Below are positions 1-8,669 of a DNA stretch of 51,168 bases, piece after piece. Under the pieces are notes generated by a model. It worked only from the letters and a program-made list of their open reading frames with translations. It did no database searches and was not told where the DNA came from. Location of the stretch: NCBI GenBank assembly GCA_964464115.1, contig CAYXEW010000006.1, forward strand, positions 1 through 51,168, written 5' to 3'. Both the position numbers and the translations under genes were made by a program. The DNA comes from an uncultured Verrucomicrobiota bacterium (lineage in GTDB: Bacteria > Verrucomicrobiota > Kiritimatiellia > CAYTQP01 > CAYXEW01). Every line of letters starts with the position of its first letter. The stretch's first letter is position 1.

Positions 1-157
1 GGGCAGAACATCCCCAAGCCAACATTTTTATGATTTCTATGGGATGCTAGTGAATCGGAGAAATGACATGAAAATGACAACATGGATAGCAATCACTTCC
101 GTTGAATATAGGTTTACCATGAATATTAGCTCACCCCTTAAAAACAGATGGTGCCGT

Positions 158-1885
158 ATGCGGAAACGCATGGCCGCCGGGCTGTGTATATTAATGCCGC
201 TTGCGTTGCAGGCATCTCCGTCTGTTTACAGTAATGCTCTGCAAAACGCGGCTGCGCTCGAAACGCTGGACCTGCGCGATCTCGGAATGAAACAGCTCCC
301 ACCGTCTGTCGGGCAATTCAAAAACCTGAAAAAGCTGTATCTGAACGGAAATCCGCTCAGCACACTGCCGACCGAAATTGGTGAGCTGAAGAATCTGGAA
401 GAACTGACAATGGGCGATTCAACTCGGGCGTTAAAGACCCTGCCGGAGGCCGTTGGACAGCTTGAAAATCTGCGAGTTCTGAACATTTGGATGCACGACA
501 TGCGAAAACTTCCATCGACGGTGTGCCAGTTGCGCAATCTGCGCAAGCTGATGGTTGCTGGCGGGAAAACCCTGGGCATCCGGCATGAGTTGGCCGGTAA
601 AGAGCTGGCCGAATACGGCATTGTGGGTGAGGGCGGCGGCTACTACCACATATACGGAGGGCTGGCCGAGGTTCCTGATCAGATCGGACTCCTTACCAAT
701 CTGACTCACTTGACGATTACCTACCATCAGGTGCAGGAACTGCCCGAGAGCAGTGCCCTGCTGAATCGTTTAAAAAGCCTGCGGGTGGAGCACGGCGCAC
801 TGAAAAAACTGCCGGCTGGCATCGGCCGCTGCACGGCCTTGAAAGAGTTGCGCATCAATGATAACCCGGCCATAGACCGCTTACCGGATAGCTTTGTGCA
901 ACTGACTAATTTATCGGCTTTTGCCATTGCACTCAATCCATCGATCCGGCACCTGCCGGAGGAATTCGGCAATTTGCAGGCGCTGGAACAAATGGCTATG
1001 CGGAACACACGGCTTGAATACCTACCCGACAGCATCGCCGATTTGTCGAATCTGCGGATGCTCTGGTTGCAAGACAGCGACCTCAACACGCTGCCGCCCT
1101 CTTTTGTATCGTTGACTTCACTGCAACTCGCGCATTTAAATTTACCCCAACTCAGGAAACTGCCGGAACCGCTTACAGCGCTGAACAGGCTGGTTTATCT
1201 AACGATTAAAGGCTCCGGACTGACTAATTTACCGTCGGATATTGCCAGACTGCGCGGGTTGCGGATGATTGATCTACGGGATACGGGAATCCGCCGGCTG
1301 CCGCAAACGCTCACCCCCGAAACGGATTATCCGGTGCTGGATGTCGTCTGGATTGATCATCCTGACGATCCGGTGTTTGCGCATGAGGCTGAGAAGCACG
1401 GGTGGATTATCAACCCGGACCAGACGCGCACACGTGAGCTCACCGGGGCTGCCGGTTATGCGGTACTCGGGTCCGCCGCTGAAGGAAACTATCAAGTGTC
1501 ACTCCGTCCGGCAGCATTGCAAAAGGCCGAGCACGGCCGACTGAATCTGAAAGCGAGCAGGCTGGACGCCTTAGATTTTACAGCGCTGGACGGCAGCGCC
1601 ATCGAACGACTGGATTTAGATTACTGTGAGATGGATGTATTAGGCCGGCAATACAAGTCGCGCCCTCTGGTTGGGTTTGAAGAATTTCTGAAAAGCTGTA
1701 AACAGCTTCGCCATCTCAACCTGTCCGTGAATCGGTTGACCGATGTACCCGATTATGTCTTTAAGCTGCCGTCCCTGGAAACGGTGGACCTTTCAGCTAA
1801 CCCGTTTTCATCTGAACAGCTTTCCCGGCTACGGAAGCGGTTTTCCACCATTCAGTTTGTGTATGAGCCCCCGTTAGCTCCTTAA
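158..1885 (+). CDS. Leucine-rich repeat protein, probably secreted
   Basis: Many ~23-aa LxxLPxxIGxLxxLxxLxL repeats. Signal-peptide-like MRKRMAAGLCILMPLALQA starts at ATG 158. The ORF is open from 44, so the start is uncertain. Confidence 0.88.
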   Translation: MRKRMAAGLCILMPLALQASPSVYSNALQNAAALETLDLRDLGMKQLPPSVGQFKNLKKLYLNGNPLSTLPTEIGELKNLEELTMGDSTRALKTLPEAVGQLENLRVLNIWMHDMRKLPSTVCQLRNLRKLMVAGGKTLGIRHELAGKELAEYGIVGEGGGYYHIYGGLAEVPDQIGLLTNLTHLTITYHQVQELPESSALLNRLKSLRVEHGALKKLPAGIGRCTALKELRINDNPAIDRLPDSFVQLTNLSAFAIALNPSIRHLPEEFGNLQALEQMAMRNTRLEYLPDSIADLSNLRMLWLQDSDLNTLPPSFVSLTSLQLAHLNLPQLRKLPEPLTALNRLVYLTIKGSGLTNLPSDIARLRGLRMIDLRDTGIRRLPQTLTPETDYPVLDVVWIDHPDDPVFAHEAEKHGWIINPDQTRTRELTGAAGYAVLGSAAEGNYQVSLRPAALQKAEHGRLNLKASRLDALDFTALDGSAIERLDLDYCEMDVLGRQYKSRPLVGFEEFLKSCKQLRHLNLSVNRLTDVPDYVFKLPSLETVDLSANPFSSEQLSRLRKRFSTIQFVYEPPLAP

Positions 1886-1990
1886 TCGAAGATTGTTTGG
1901 GTAAATGATTCGATACCATAATATGGCGTATAGCCAATTCCAAGCGTTGTAAGCGTTCAGGGGGGGGCTCTTCAACCGTATCCCCTGAAC
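1871..1990 (+). repeat. Dispersed repeat, copy A
   Basis: 1923-1953 ATGGCGTATAGCCAATTCCAAGCGTTGTAAG is the exact reverse complement of 44959-44989. Imperfect similarity extends on both sides. Followed by a GTTCAGGGG...CCCCTGAAC hairpin. Confidence 0.9.
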
Positions 1991-2036
1991 TCTTACCCCT
2001 GCAGCACCGCGACCATTTTTGAAAGCGCTGTCAGAA

Positions 2037-2315
2037 CCGATTTATATACGATCATATACGGTTGAAAAATATTTTTTATTTAGCCGCGAGAGAACTCAAA
2101 GAAACGCAAAGAAGAAGGGGCTGGAAGAGGGGTGACAAAATCATGAATAGCAAAATCATTCTAAATATATCCCTACTCTTCACGGCTTGGGGATAGCCAT
2201 ATTCTTCAGAGCGGATCCGATTTAACTATGTCCATATACGTTCATATACGGTTGAAAACTTTTTCTTATTGAACCGCTAGAGAACGCAAATGAACGCAAA
2301 TGAAGAGGGATGGAA
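2037..2315 (+). repeat. Imperfect ~90-bp direct repeat, 2 copies, ~190-bp period
   Basis: ATATACGwTCATATACGGTTGAAAA...CCGC.AGAGAAC.CAAA..AACGCAAA...TGGAA at 2044-2126 and 2234-2315. Confidence 0.85.
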
Positions 2316-2619
2316 AAAATGAATGAAGAGAGTCAAGATTAAGAGTGAAATGTGAAGACGTGACCCCGTACACCCCGTACACCTTTTACGAAGAGCCCAA
2401 TTGTTGAAGGCTGATACGGAGAAATATACTGGCATTTCAGTCTGTATAGGCTATACTCACCAAGCTGATGTATACCGTATTTTTAGGAAATAACCAGGCC
2501 GGCAGCACGATGTTTGAGCAACCATATATAGTGTGACCGTTACGTCTATTCGGTAAAACTCTGCTGGACTGGTCCGGTGTTGGGTGTGAGTAGCTGTTAT
2601 AAATAGAGAGAGTATCTGT

Positions 2620-4323
2620 ATGACAAAGAAAAAAGATTCAGCCTGTGGATGTCGCCCGTATTCGAAGAATATTACTGACCCTGTGGAGCGTGCTGCCAGC
2701 CGCGCCATGCTGCATGCCGTAGGTTTTACAGACGGGGATTTTCAGAAACCGCAAGTGGGAATTGCATCGACTTGGAGTATGGTGACGCCCTGCAATATGC
2801 ACATCGACAAGCTTGCGATAGAGGCCGGTAAAGGTGTCGACGGCGCGGGCGGAAAGTCCGTCATTTTTAACACGATTACGATTTCGGACGGCATTTCGAT
2901 GGGGACAGAGGGAATGAAATACTCGCTGGTTTCCCGGGAAGTGATTGCTGATTCTGTGGAGACCGTAGCCGGTTGCGAACAGTTTGACGGGCTCGTTGCG
3001 ATTGGCGGCTGCGACAAAAATATGCCGGGCTGTATGATCGGCATTGCGCGTTTAAACCGACCGTCGGTCTTCGTTTACGGCGGCACCATCCTACCGGGCA
3101 GGCACAAGGGCAAGGATGTGGACATTGTCTCTGTTTTTGAGGCCGTAGGCGCTTATGCCAAAAGTGAGATATCCAAAGAGGAACTCGGCGAAATTGAGCA
3201 TTGCGCCATTCCGGGACCCGGCTCCTGTGGCGGTATGTACACGGCCAATACGATGGCGTCCGCCATTGAGGCGCTGGGTATGAGCCTGCCTAACAGTTCT
3301 GCACAAGCCGCTATTTCCAAGGATAAAAAAGAAGATTGTCGCCGGGCCGGCCGAGCGGTAATGGAACTGGTGAAGAAACAGATTAAACCATCTGACATTA
3401 TGACCCGCCCGGCCTTTGAAAACGCGATAACGGTTGTCATGGCTCTGGGGGGCTCTACGAATGCAGTATTGCATCTGCTGGGGATGGCGCACGCCATGAA
3501 GGTTAAATTGACCCTGAATGATTTTGTGAAGATCGGTAAGCGGGTTCCCGTCCTGGCGGACCTCAAGCCCAGCGGCAGGTTTGTTATGGCAGATTTGATT
3601 AATATAGGGGGCCTTCAACCGTTGATGAAGATGTTGTTTAAAGAGGGTTTGCTCCATGGTGACTGTCTGACCGTGACCGGCAAGACGCTGAAGCAGAACC
3701 TGCGTGGCGTACCATCATATCCCGCCGGGCAGCAGGTGATCCGCTCATTCAAAAACCCCATCAAGCCCACGGGACACTTGGTTATATTGAAAGGCAATCT
3801 GGCCCCGGAGGGCGCTGTTGCCAAGATATCAGGAAAAGAAGGTGACCGTTTCAGTGGCCATGCGATTGTCTTCAATTCCGAAGAGCAGGCCCTCCGAAAA
3901 ATTCTGGACGGAACGGTCCGCAAGGGGCACGTGATTGTGATTCGCTATGAGGGCCCGCGGGGAGGCCCGGGCATGCGTGAAATGCTTTCGCCGACATCGG
4001 CGGTCATGGGGCGCGGTCTGGGCAAAGACGTGGCGTTGATCACGGATGGCCGCTTCAGCGGGGGGAGCCACGGTTTTGTCGTGGGGCACATAGCACCGGA
4101 GGCTTTTAACGGTGGCCCGCTGGCGATCGTTAAAAATGGTGACCCCATCCATATAGATGCCGAGAAGCGCTCGCTGGTATTGGATATTCCAAAAAAGGAG
4201 ATGGATGCACGCATGAGCGACTGGAAGCAACCCCGTCCGCGCTATAAGCGGGGCGTTTTAGCCAAGTACGCTGCCACGGTCAGTTCGGCCTCAAAAGGTG
4301 CTGTAACGGATGCCGGGCTGTAG
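2620..4323 (+). CDS. ilvD: Dihydroxy-acid dehydratase
   Basis: Motifs PCNMH, GCDKNMPG, GSCGGMYTANTM, GGSTN, GPGMREML and TDGRFSG. Confidence 0.97.
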   Translation: MTKKKDSACGCRPYSKNITDPVERAASRAMLHAVGFTDGDFQKPQVGIASTWSMVTPCNMHIDKLAIEAGKGVDGAGGKSVIFNTITISDGISMGTEGMKYSLVSREVIADSVETVAGCEQFDGLVAIGGCDKNMPGCMIGIARLNRPSVFVYGGTILPGRHKGKDVDIVSVFEAVGAYAKSEISKEELGEIEHCAIPGPGSCGGMYTANTMASAIEALGMSLPNSSAQAAISKDKKEDCRRAGRAVMELVKKQIKPSDIMTRPAFENAITVVMALGGSTNAVLHLLGMAHAMKVKLTLNDFVKIGKRVPVLADLKPSGRFVMADLINIGGLQPLMKMLFKEGLLHGDCLTVTGKTLKQNLRGVPSYPAGQQVIRSFKNPIKPTGHLVILKGNLAPEGAVAKISGKEGDRFSGHAIVFNSEEQALRKILDGTVRKGHVIVIRYEGPRGGPGMREMLSPTSAVMGRGLGKDVALITDGRFSGGSHGFVVGHIAPEAFNGGPLAIVKNGDPIHIDAEKRSLVLDIPKKEMDARMSDWKQPRPRYKRGVLAKYAATVSSASKGAVTDAGL

Positions 4324-4346
4324 AATCCCGCCGCGGTCCGTACTTG

Positions 4347-4374
4347 TTGACTTCACGGAATGTTGTAATAAATT
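4347..4374 (+). promoter_or_regulatory. Putative sigma-70 promoter for the aldolase gene
   Basis: TTGACT-16 nt-TAAATT in an AT-rich intergenic region. Confidence 0.4.
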
Positions 4375-4535
4375 GTATAACAGTGTTTTTAAGCTAACCT
4401 GTATTATTCATAAAAAACGCCATAAGATATGTAAAATATTGAATAGCAATGAATAATGACAAGTGAGGCTGAAATTTGAATTTGAAATCGATAACGGAAT
4501 TAAATACAATAGTTAATGGCGGTTTTACCCAGAGG

Positions 4536-4635
4536 GCGCGTTGAAAATGCTGCATCTGCTTTGTTCCCAAGGGCTTGCGGTAGTCAACTACAGCGGCACC
4601 ATTGGCGCCGCGCAGCTACAGCATTTTGAATGCGT
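4536..4635. repeat. ~100-bp nested palindrome (MITE-like or structured leader)
   Basis: 24-nt arms GCGCGTTGAAAATGCTGCATCTGC / GCAGCTACAGCATTTTGAATGCGT (19/24 Watson-Crick) enclose two small hairpins, GTAG-tcaa-CTAC and GCGGCaCCA-t-TGGcGCCGC. Confidence 0.7.
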
Positions 4636-4682
4636 GAATAATACAGGCTAGATTTTTGTCAACCAAGAAGGAGTACACCAAT

Positions 4683-5966
4683 ATGGAATTCAGGCTTATG
4701 CATCCGCGCGACCAGATTGTTATGCTGATGGAGAGAATTTACGGCTATGGTATGACCACAACATCGGGGGGTAATCTTTCTATTATGGATGACAGCGGCG
4801 ACTTATGGATTACGCCGGCCGGTGTCGACAAAGGTCAGTTAAAGCCCCGGGATATTGTCTGCGTAAAGGCCGACGGATCCATTGAGGGCATACACAAGCC
4901 TTCATCTGAATATCCATTTCATCAGGCTATCTTAAAAAAGCGACCCGATCTGCATGCGGTCCTCCACGCCCATCCCTCGGCCTTGGTATCATTCAGTATC
5001 TTGCGGAAGATCCCCGACACGCGGATTGTTCCCAAGGCTCAGGATATTTGCGGAGAAGTGGGCTATGCAGAGTACGCCCTCCCGGGCAGCCGGGAACTCG
5101 GTGATAAAATTGCGGAAAAATTTGCCGCCGGACACCATACGGTTTTGCTTGAGAATCATGGGGTGGTAACGGGCGGGGAAACGCTGTTCAAAGCGTTTCA
5201 GCGTTTTGAAACACTTGATTACTGTGCGCGCCTCATTTTGCGGGCCAACATCCTCGGTAAAGAGCGGCCCATCTCCCAAGCTCAGTTTGATCTCTTTCAG
5301 CGGCAGAAAAGTGATCTTCCCGTTTTTAAGCCCCGCCGCCACAGCAGCCGTGAAAAAGAGCTGCGCAAGCTGATGTGCGAAATTATTCACCGCTCCTATG
5401 ATCACTCGCTGGTTACCAGTCTCGAGGGCACATTTTCAACCCGCGTCGATGAAAAAACCATACTGATCACCCCTTATGGTATTGACCGAAAATATCTCGA
5501 TATCGAACACATGGTGCTCGTACAGGACGGAAAGACAGAAGAGGGTAAAACCCCGAGCCGCTCGCTGAAACTGCATCTCGAGATCTATCGTAAACAGCCG
5601 GATATTCACGCTATTATTATTGCCCACCCCACGAATGTGATGGCGTTTGGCGTGTCGGATACCCGGCTCGATACGCGCACCATCCCGGAAAGTTACATTG
5701 TGCTGCGGGACATACCTATGCTGCCCTACGGCGCTCAGTTCATGGAAATGGAAAACCTGACCTCTATGGTTTCCGCAGACGTACCCATCGTTTTGGTTGA
5801 AAACGACTGTCTGGTCGTTACAGGAGAAAACCTTCTCCACGCATATGATCGCCTCGAAGTAGCCGAGTTCAGCGCAAAGGCCGTCATAGAAGCCAAGTCG
5901 GTAGGTGAAATTATACCTATTAATGACGATCAGGTGGAGGCGCTGAAGAAGGCTTTTTTGAGTTAG
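4683..5966 (+). CDS. Tandem-domain class II aldolase/adducin family protein (fuculose-phosphate aldolase-like)
   Basis: Domain 1 has GGNLS, ITPAG, PSSE..FH, HAHP and ENHG. Domain 2 has GTFS, ITPYG, PSRS and IAHP. AAGGAG RBS before ATG 4683. Confidence 0.88.
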   Translation: MEFRLMHPRDQIVMLMERIYGYGMTTTSGGNLSIMDDSGDLWITPAGVDKGQLKPRDIVCVKADGSIEGIHKPSSEYPFHQAILKKRPDLHAVLHAHPSALVSFSILRKIPDTRIVPKAQDICGEVGYAEYALPGSRELGDKIAEKFAAGHHTVLLENHGVVTGGETLFKAFQRFETLDYCARLILRANILGKERPISQAQFDLFQRQKSDLPVFKPRRHSSREKELRKLMCEIIHRSYDHSLVTSLEGTFSTRVDEKTILITPYGIDRKYLDIEHMVLVQDGKTEEGKTPSRSLKLHLEIYRKQPDIHAIIIAHPTNVMAFGVSDTRLDTRTIPESYIVLRDIPMLPYGAQFMEMENLTSMVSADVPIVLVENDCLVVTGENLLHAYDRLEVAEFSAKAVIEAKSVGEIIPINDDQVEALKKAFLS

Positions 5967-6067
5967 TTGCAGTGCATAAAGCAATCATTTAACAGCGGTT
6001 TGGGTGCGGGTGTATACTGTAGTTAGATAGAGGGTTCCTAAAGGTGCAACCAAGTGGGAGGTGCCGA

Positions 6068-6892
6068 ATGAAAGCCCTGAGAACAGTATGCGGAAGTTTG
6101 TTGTTTTCACAGATGTTGCTGGCCTCTTTGACCTGCTATTCGAGTGCCGAGGCGTCTGTTGCCTTTTATGAAAGCTTCGATAATACGTACGGTGACCTGA
6201 GCTTTCCGAGCCGCCACTGGAAGGCCACCTGGCGGTCAGATGGAAGGCTGGCCCCGCAGCAAATAGCCGTCCTCAAAGGCGACCTTTCTTTGAATAGCAA
6301 GTCTTTTGGTTTTGTGGAAATAAAGCCGGCCGGCTACCCTCTTTTACTGTGGAAAGAGCTTTCCGGTAATCACCCTCTTTTCAGTGCGTTGAATGAAGTG
6401 CGCTGGTTTCAGAAAAATGATCCAGGAAATACCTGGCGCGTAGTGCTTCGGCTTGAAAAAGAGGGTGACTCTCTGCTGCTTATGTCCGGGGATGTGTTTA
6501 CCAATGAGCGTGCATCCAGATGGGAGGCGCAGACGATGTCCCTGAACGGCACGCTGGAGGGTTGGCTGGTGGTAACACAACAGCACAATAAGCCGATGGC
6601 GGGAATGTTGCGCACATCGTCGCCCCCCATGCACCATAACCTGCCGGGTGCGCGCGTGACGGCAGTGGGGCTGGCATCAATCGAACAGGACGGTATCCTG
6701 CGGATGGATGATCTGGTCATGCATTCCGTGGACAACGTGAGTAAAACAGCCTTACCTCCGCTACCTGTCATATTGTGGATCGCGGCCGGCCTCGCCTTTT
6801 CGGTGTTGGCAGCCTGTGCCGTGCTGCACGTGCAGGCGATTGAACATGCCATTCACGACGTGATTTCCCACCATCATCTGTTACACCACTGA
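6068..6892 (+). CDS. Hypothetical exported protein with C-terminal TM helix and His-rich tail
   Basis: GGAGG RBS before ATG 6068. Signal-peptide-like N-terminus ending SAEA. Hydrophobic PVILWIAAGLAFSVLAACAVL followed by HAIHDVISHHHLLHH. Confidence 0.7.
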   Translation: MKALRTVCGSLLFSQMLLASLTCYSSAEASVAFYESFDNTYGDLSFPSRHWKATWRSDGRLAPQQIAVLKGDLSLNSKSFGFVEIKPAGYPLLLWKELSGNHPLFSALNEVRWFQKNDPGNTWRVVLRLEKEGDSLLLMSGDVFTNERASRWEAQTMSLNGTLEGWLVVTQQHNKPMAGMLRTSSPPMHHNLPGARVTAVGLASIEQDGILRMDDLVMHSVDNVSKTALPPLPVILWIAAGLAFSVLAACAVLHVQAIEHAIHDVISHHHLLHH

Positions 6893-6983
6893 TGGGGGCA
6901 TTATTTATATTCGGTTCTTGAATTTTTTTCTGCCCGCGATATTAATAACCGTTCACATTGACCTATACGAATAGAGGTACAGG

Positions 6984-7664
6984 ATGCATAAAGAGGACAG
7001 TAAAGTGGCCGAACAGGCCGAACTCGAGCAAAAAGAAGTTCATGAGGTGCTGGTGTTTGTACAGAAGTACGGCAAAACCGTCGGCATTGTTTTGGGTGTC
7101 ATCGTGATAGCTGTCGTTGCGGGCGGATTGCGGCGCAGTATGGCGCGTAATCAGGCTGTGCGCGCGGCGGCTATGCTACGCCAGGCTCGGTCGCTAAACG
7201 ATTTACAGGCCGTTATCAGTACGTATCCGAAAGCTCCCAGCGCACCGGTCGCCATGCTTCAGGCCGCCAATGAAATGTTTCATTCAGGGCAATACGATCA
7301 GGCGCTGATGCACTATGCCGAGTTTGAAAAAAAATATCCGGAACACGAGTTTGCTGCGGCCATGAAATTGTACAAAGCGTACTGCTTTGAATCGTCACTA
7401 CAGTTTGAAGAAGCGCTGTCGGCCTACCGGAGTTTTGTTGAAAGTGGAAAAGAGCGCTATTTGCGGCCCATTGCAACATTCGGCATCGCCCGCTGTCATG
7501 AACAGATGGGAAAGCTGAATGATGCCAAAGTGGTTTACGAAGACTTTATTGCCGCGAACCCCAACAGCGACTGGCTGCCACAGGCCGAAACGGCGCTGCG
7601 TTACGTGAATAGGAAAATTAGGGCCATCAAGAACGAGGCGGCGGCCCCGGTATCAAAGGGTTGA
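6984..7664 (+). CDS. Membrane-anchored TPR protein (YfgM/CpoB-like)
   Basis: N-terminal TM after KYGK. TPR-like helices with YPKAP, YPEH and NPNSDW turns. GAGG RBS. Confidence 0.8.
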   Translation: MHKEDSKVAEQAELEQKEVHEVLVFVQKYGKTVGIVLGVIVIAVVAGGLRRSMARNQAVRAAAMLRQARSLNDLQAVISTYPKAPSAPVAMLQAANEMFHSGQYDQALMHYAEFEKKYPEHEFAAAMKLYKAYCFESSLQFEEALSAYRSFVESGKERYLRPIATFGIARCHEQMGKLNDAKVVYEDFIAANPNSDWLPQAETALRYVNRKIRAIKNEAAAPVSKG

Positions 7665-7683
7665 AGACGCGCCGTCTGCGGCA

Positions 7684-8382
7684 TCATCCGTCAAGGCCTT
7701 CCGATTCATTGATGAGTTGTCGCCGCGCACTGATATAAGGCCCCGGAAACAGCTCCAGTAAATCCGGTGTGTGGTCGTCGTGATCGAACATCTGGCAGAA
7801 CACATCATAGGCTTTGCGTTTGTATGTGAGCATCCCCTCCAGCTTTCGGGATTCCAGATCCTGAATGACGAAGAGGAGATCTTCTTCCGTTGAATCCTGT
7901 GCATTGAACAGGAGGTTTTTCTGTCGGGGGTCTATGCGGTCTGTGTTTCGTGTAAAGATCAGGTACTTGATGTATTCTAAAACGCGTTCGTCCATTCCCG
8001 ATTCCTGCATAAAAACCCGTTCCACGAGTTCGGTGCGATCCAGCACAACATGCACCTGGGGACTGTCAATACCGTCCGGAAGCAATTTCAGCAGACTGTC
8101 AATATAGTCGGAAAAATCATTGCTGTTCAGTTCATCCCGCAACTGCTGATCGAAAGCGAGAAAGACTACATAGCCCTTCTCCGCATCCTTATACAACAGC
8201 GATTTATCGACTCGGAATACGAAATCGCACGAAGAGCAGGTGACCCTGTTGAGACGGTTGTGAAAAAGGTCGTCTTTCAGTTCCGGCTGGTGTACTACAT
8301 CAATGACGTCATAGAGTTCAACTTCCAGTGCGGCCGAACATTTCGGACAATTGATTTTATATGGGCTCATGTATTTTGTCAT
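7684..8382 (-). CDS. CpXC domain protein (Zn-ribbon)
   Basis: CPKC...PELKDDLFHNRLNRVTCSSC...LLYKD pattern typical of CpXC. Start may be the second Met. Confidence 0.8.
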   Translation of the reverse strand: MTKYMSPYKINCPKCSAALEVELYDVIDVVHQPELKDDLFHNRLNRVTCSSCDFVFRVDKSLLYKDAEKGYVVFLAFDQQLRDELNSNDFSDYIDSLLKLLPDGIDSPQVHVVLDRTELVERVFMQESGMDERVLEYIKYLIFTRNTDRIDPRQKNLLFNAQDSTEEDLLFVIQDLESRKLEGMLTYKRKAYDVFCQMFDHDDHTPDLLELFPGPYISARRQLINESEGLDG

Positions 8383-8669
8383 AACGTTTAAAGGGGCGGC
8401 ACGCTAGCGTATCACAGGGCATTCGTCAATGGTTAATCGCAGCCCATTGCTCCGATGCCAGAGTCATTCGATTTTACGCAGCAACGTGCTGTTCCGGGGG
8501 GCTGATTAAAAAAAGAACTCATGATGGGAGGGTTAAGGGCCCACACAAAAATAACTTCATCTTTTGTAAGCCTAAGCATCTTTCGGGCGAAGGGTCTGTG
8601 CCGTAGTGGTTTTATTCTTGTTTTTAAAGAGAAGCGCTGTACTATGGGCCGCAGTAATCAGCATATCTT

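Noticed and set aside
1871-1960. Integron attC site (GTTAGC motif)
   Set aside because: No matching RYYYAAC inverse core with proper pairing, and no integron integrase in the window.
2037-2315. Possible CRISPR array or tRNA
   Set aside because: Only two long degenerate units, and no cloverleaf or T-loop motif.
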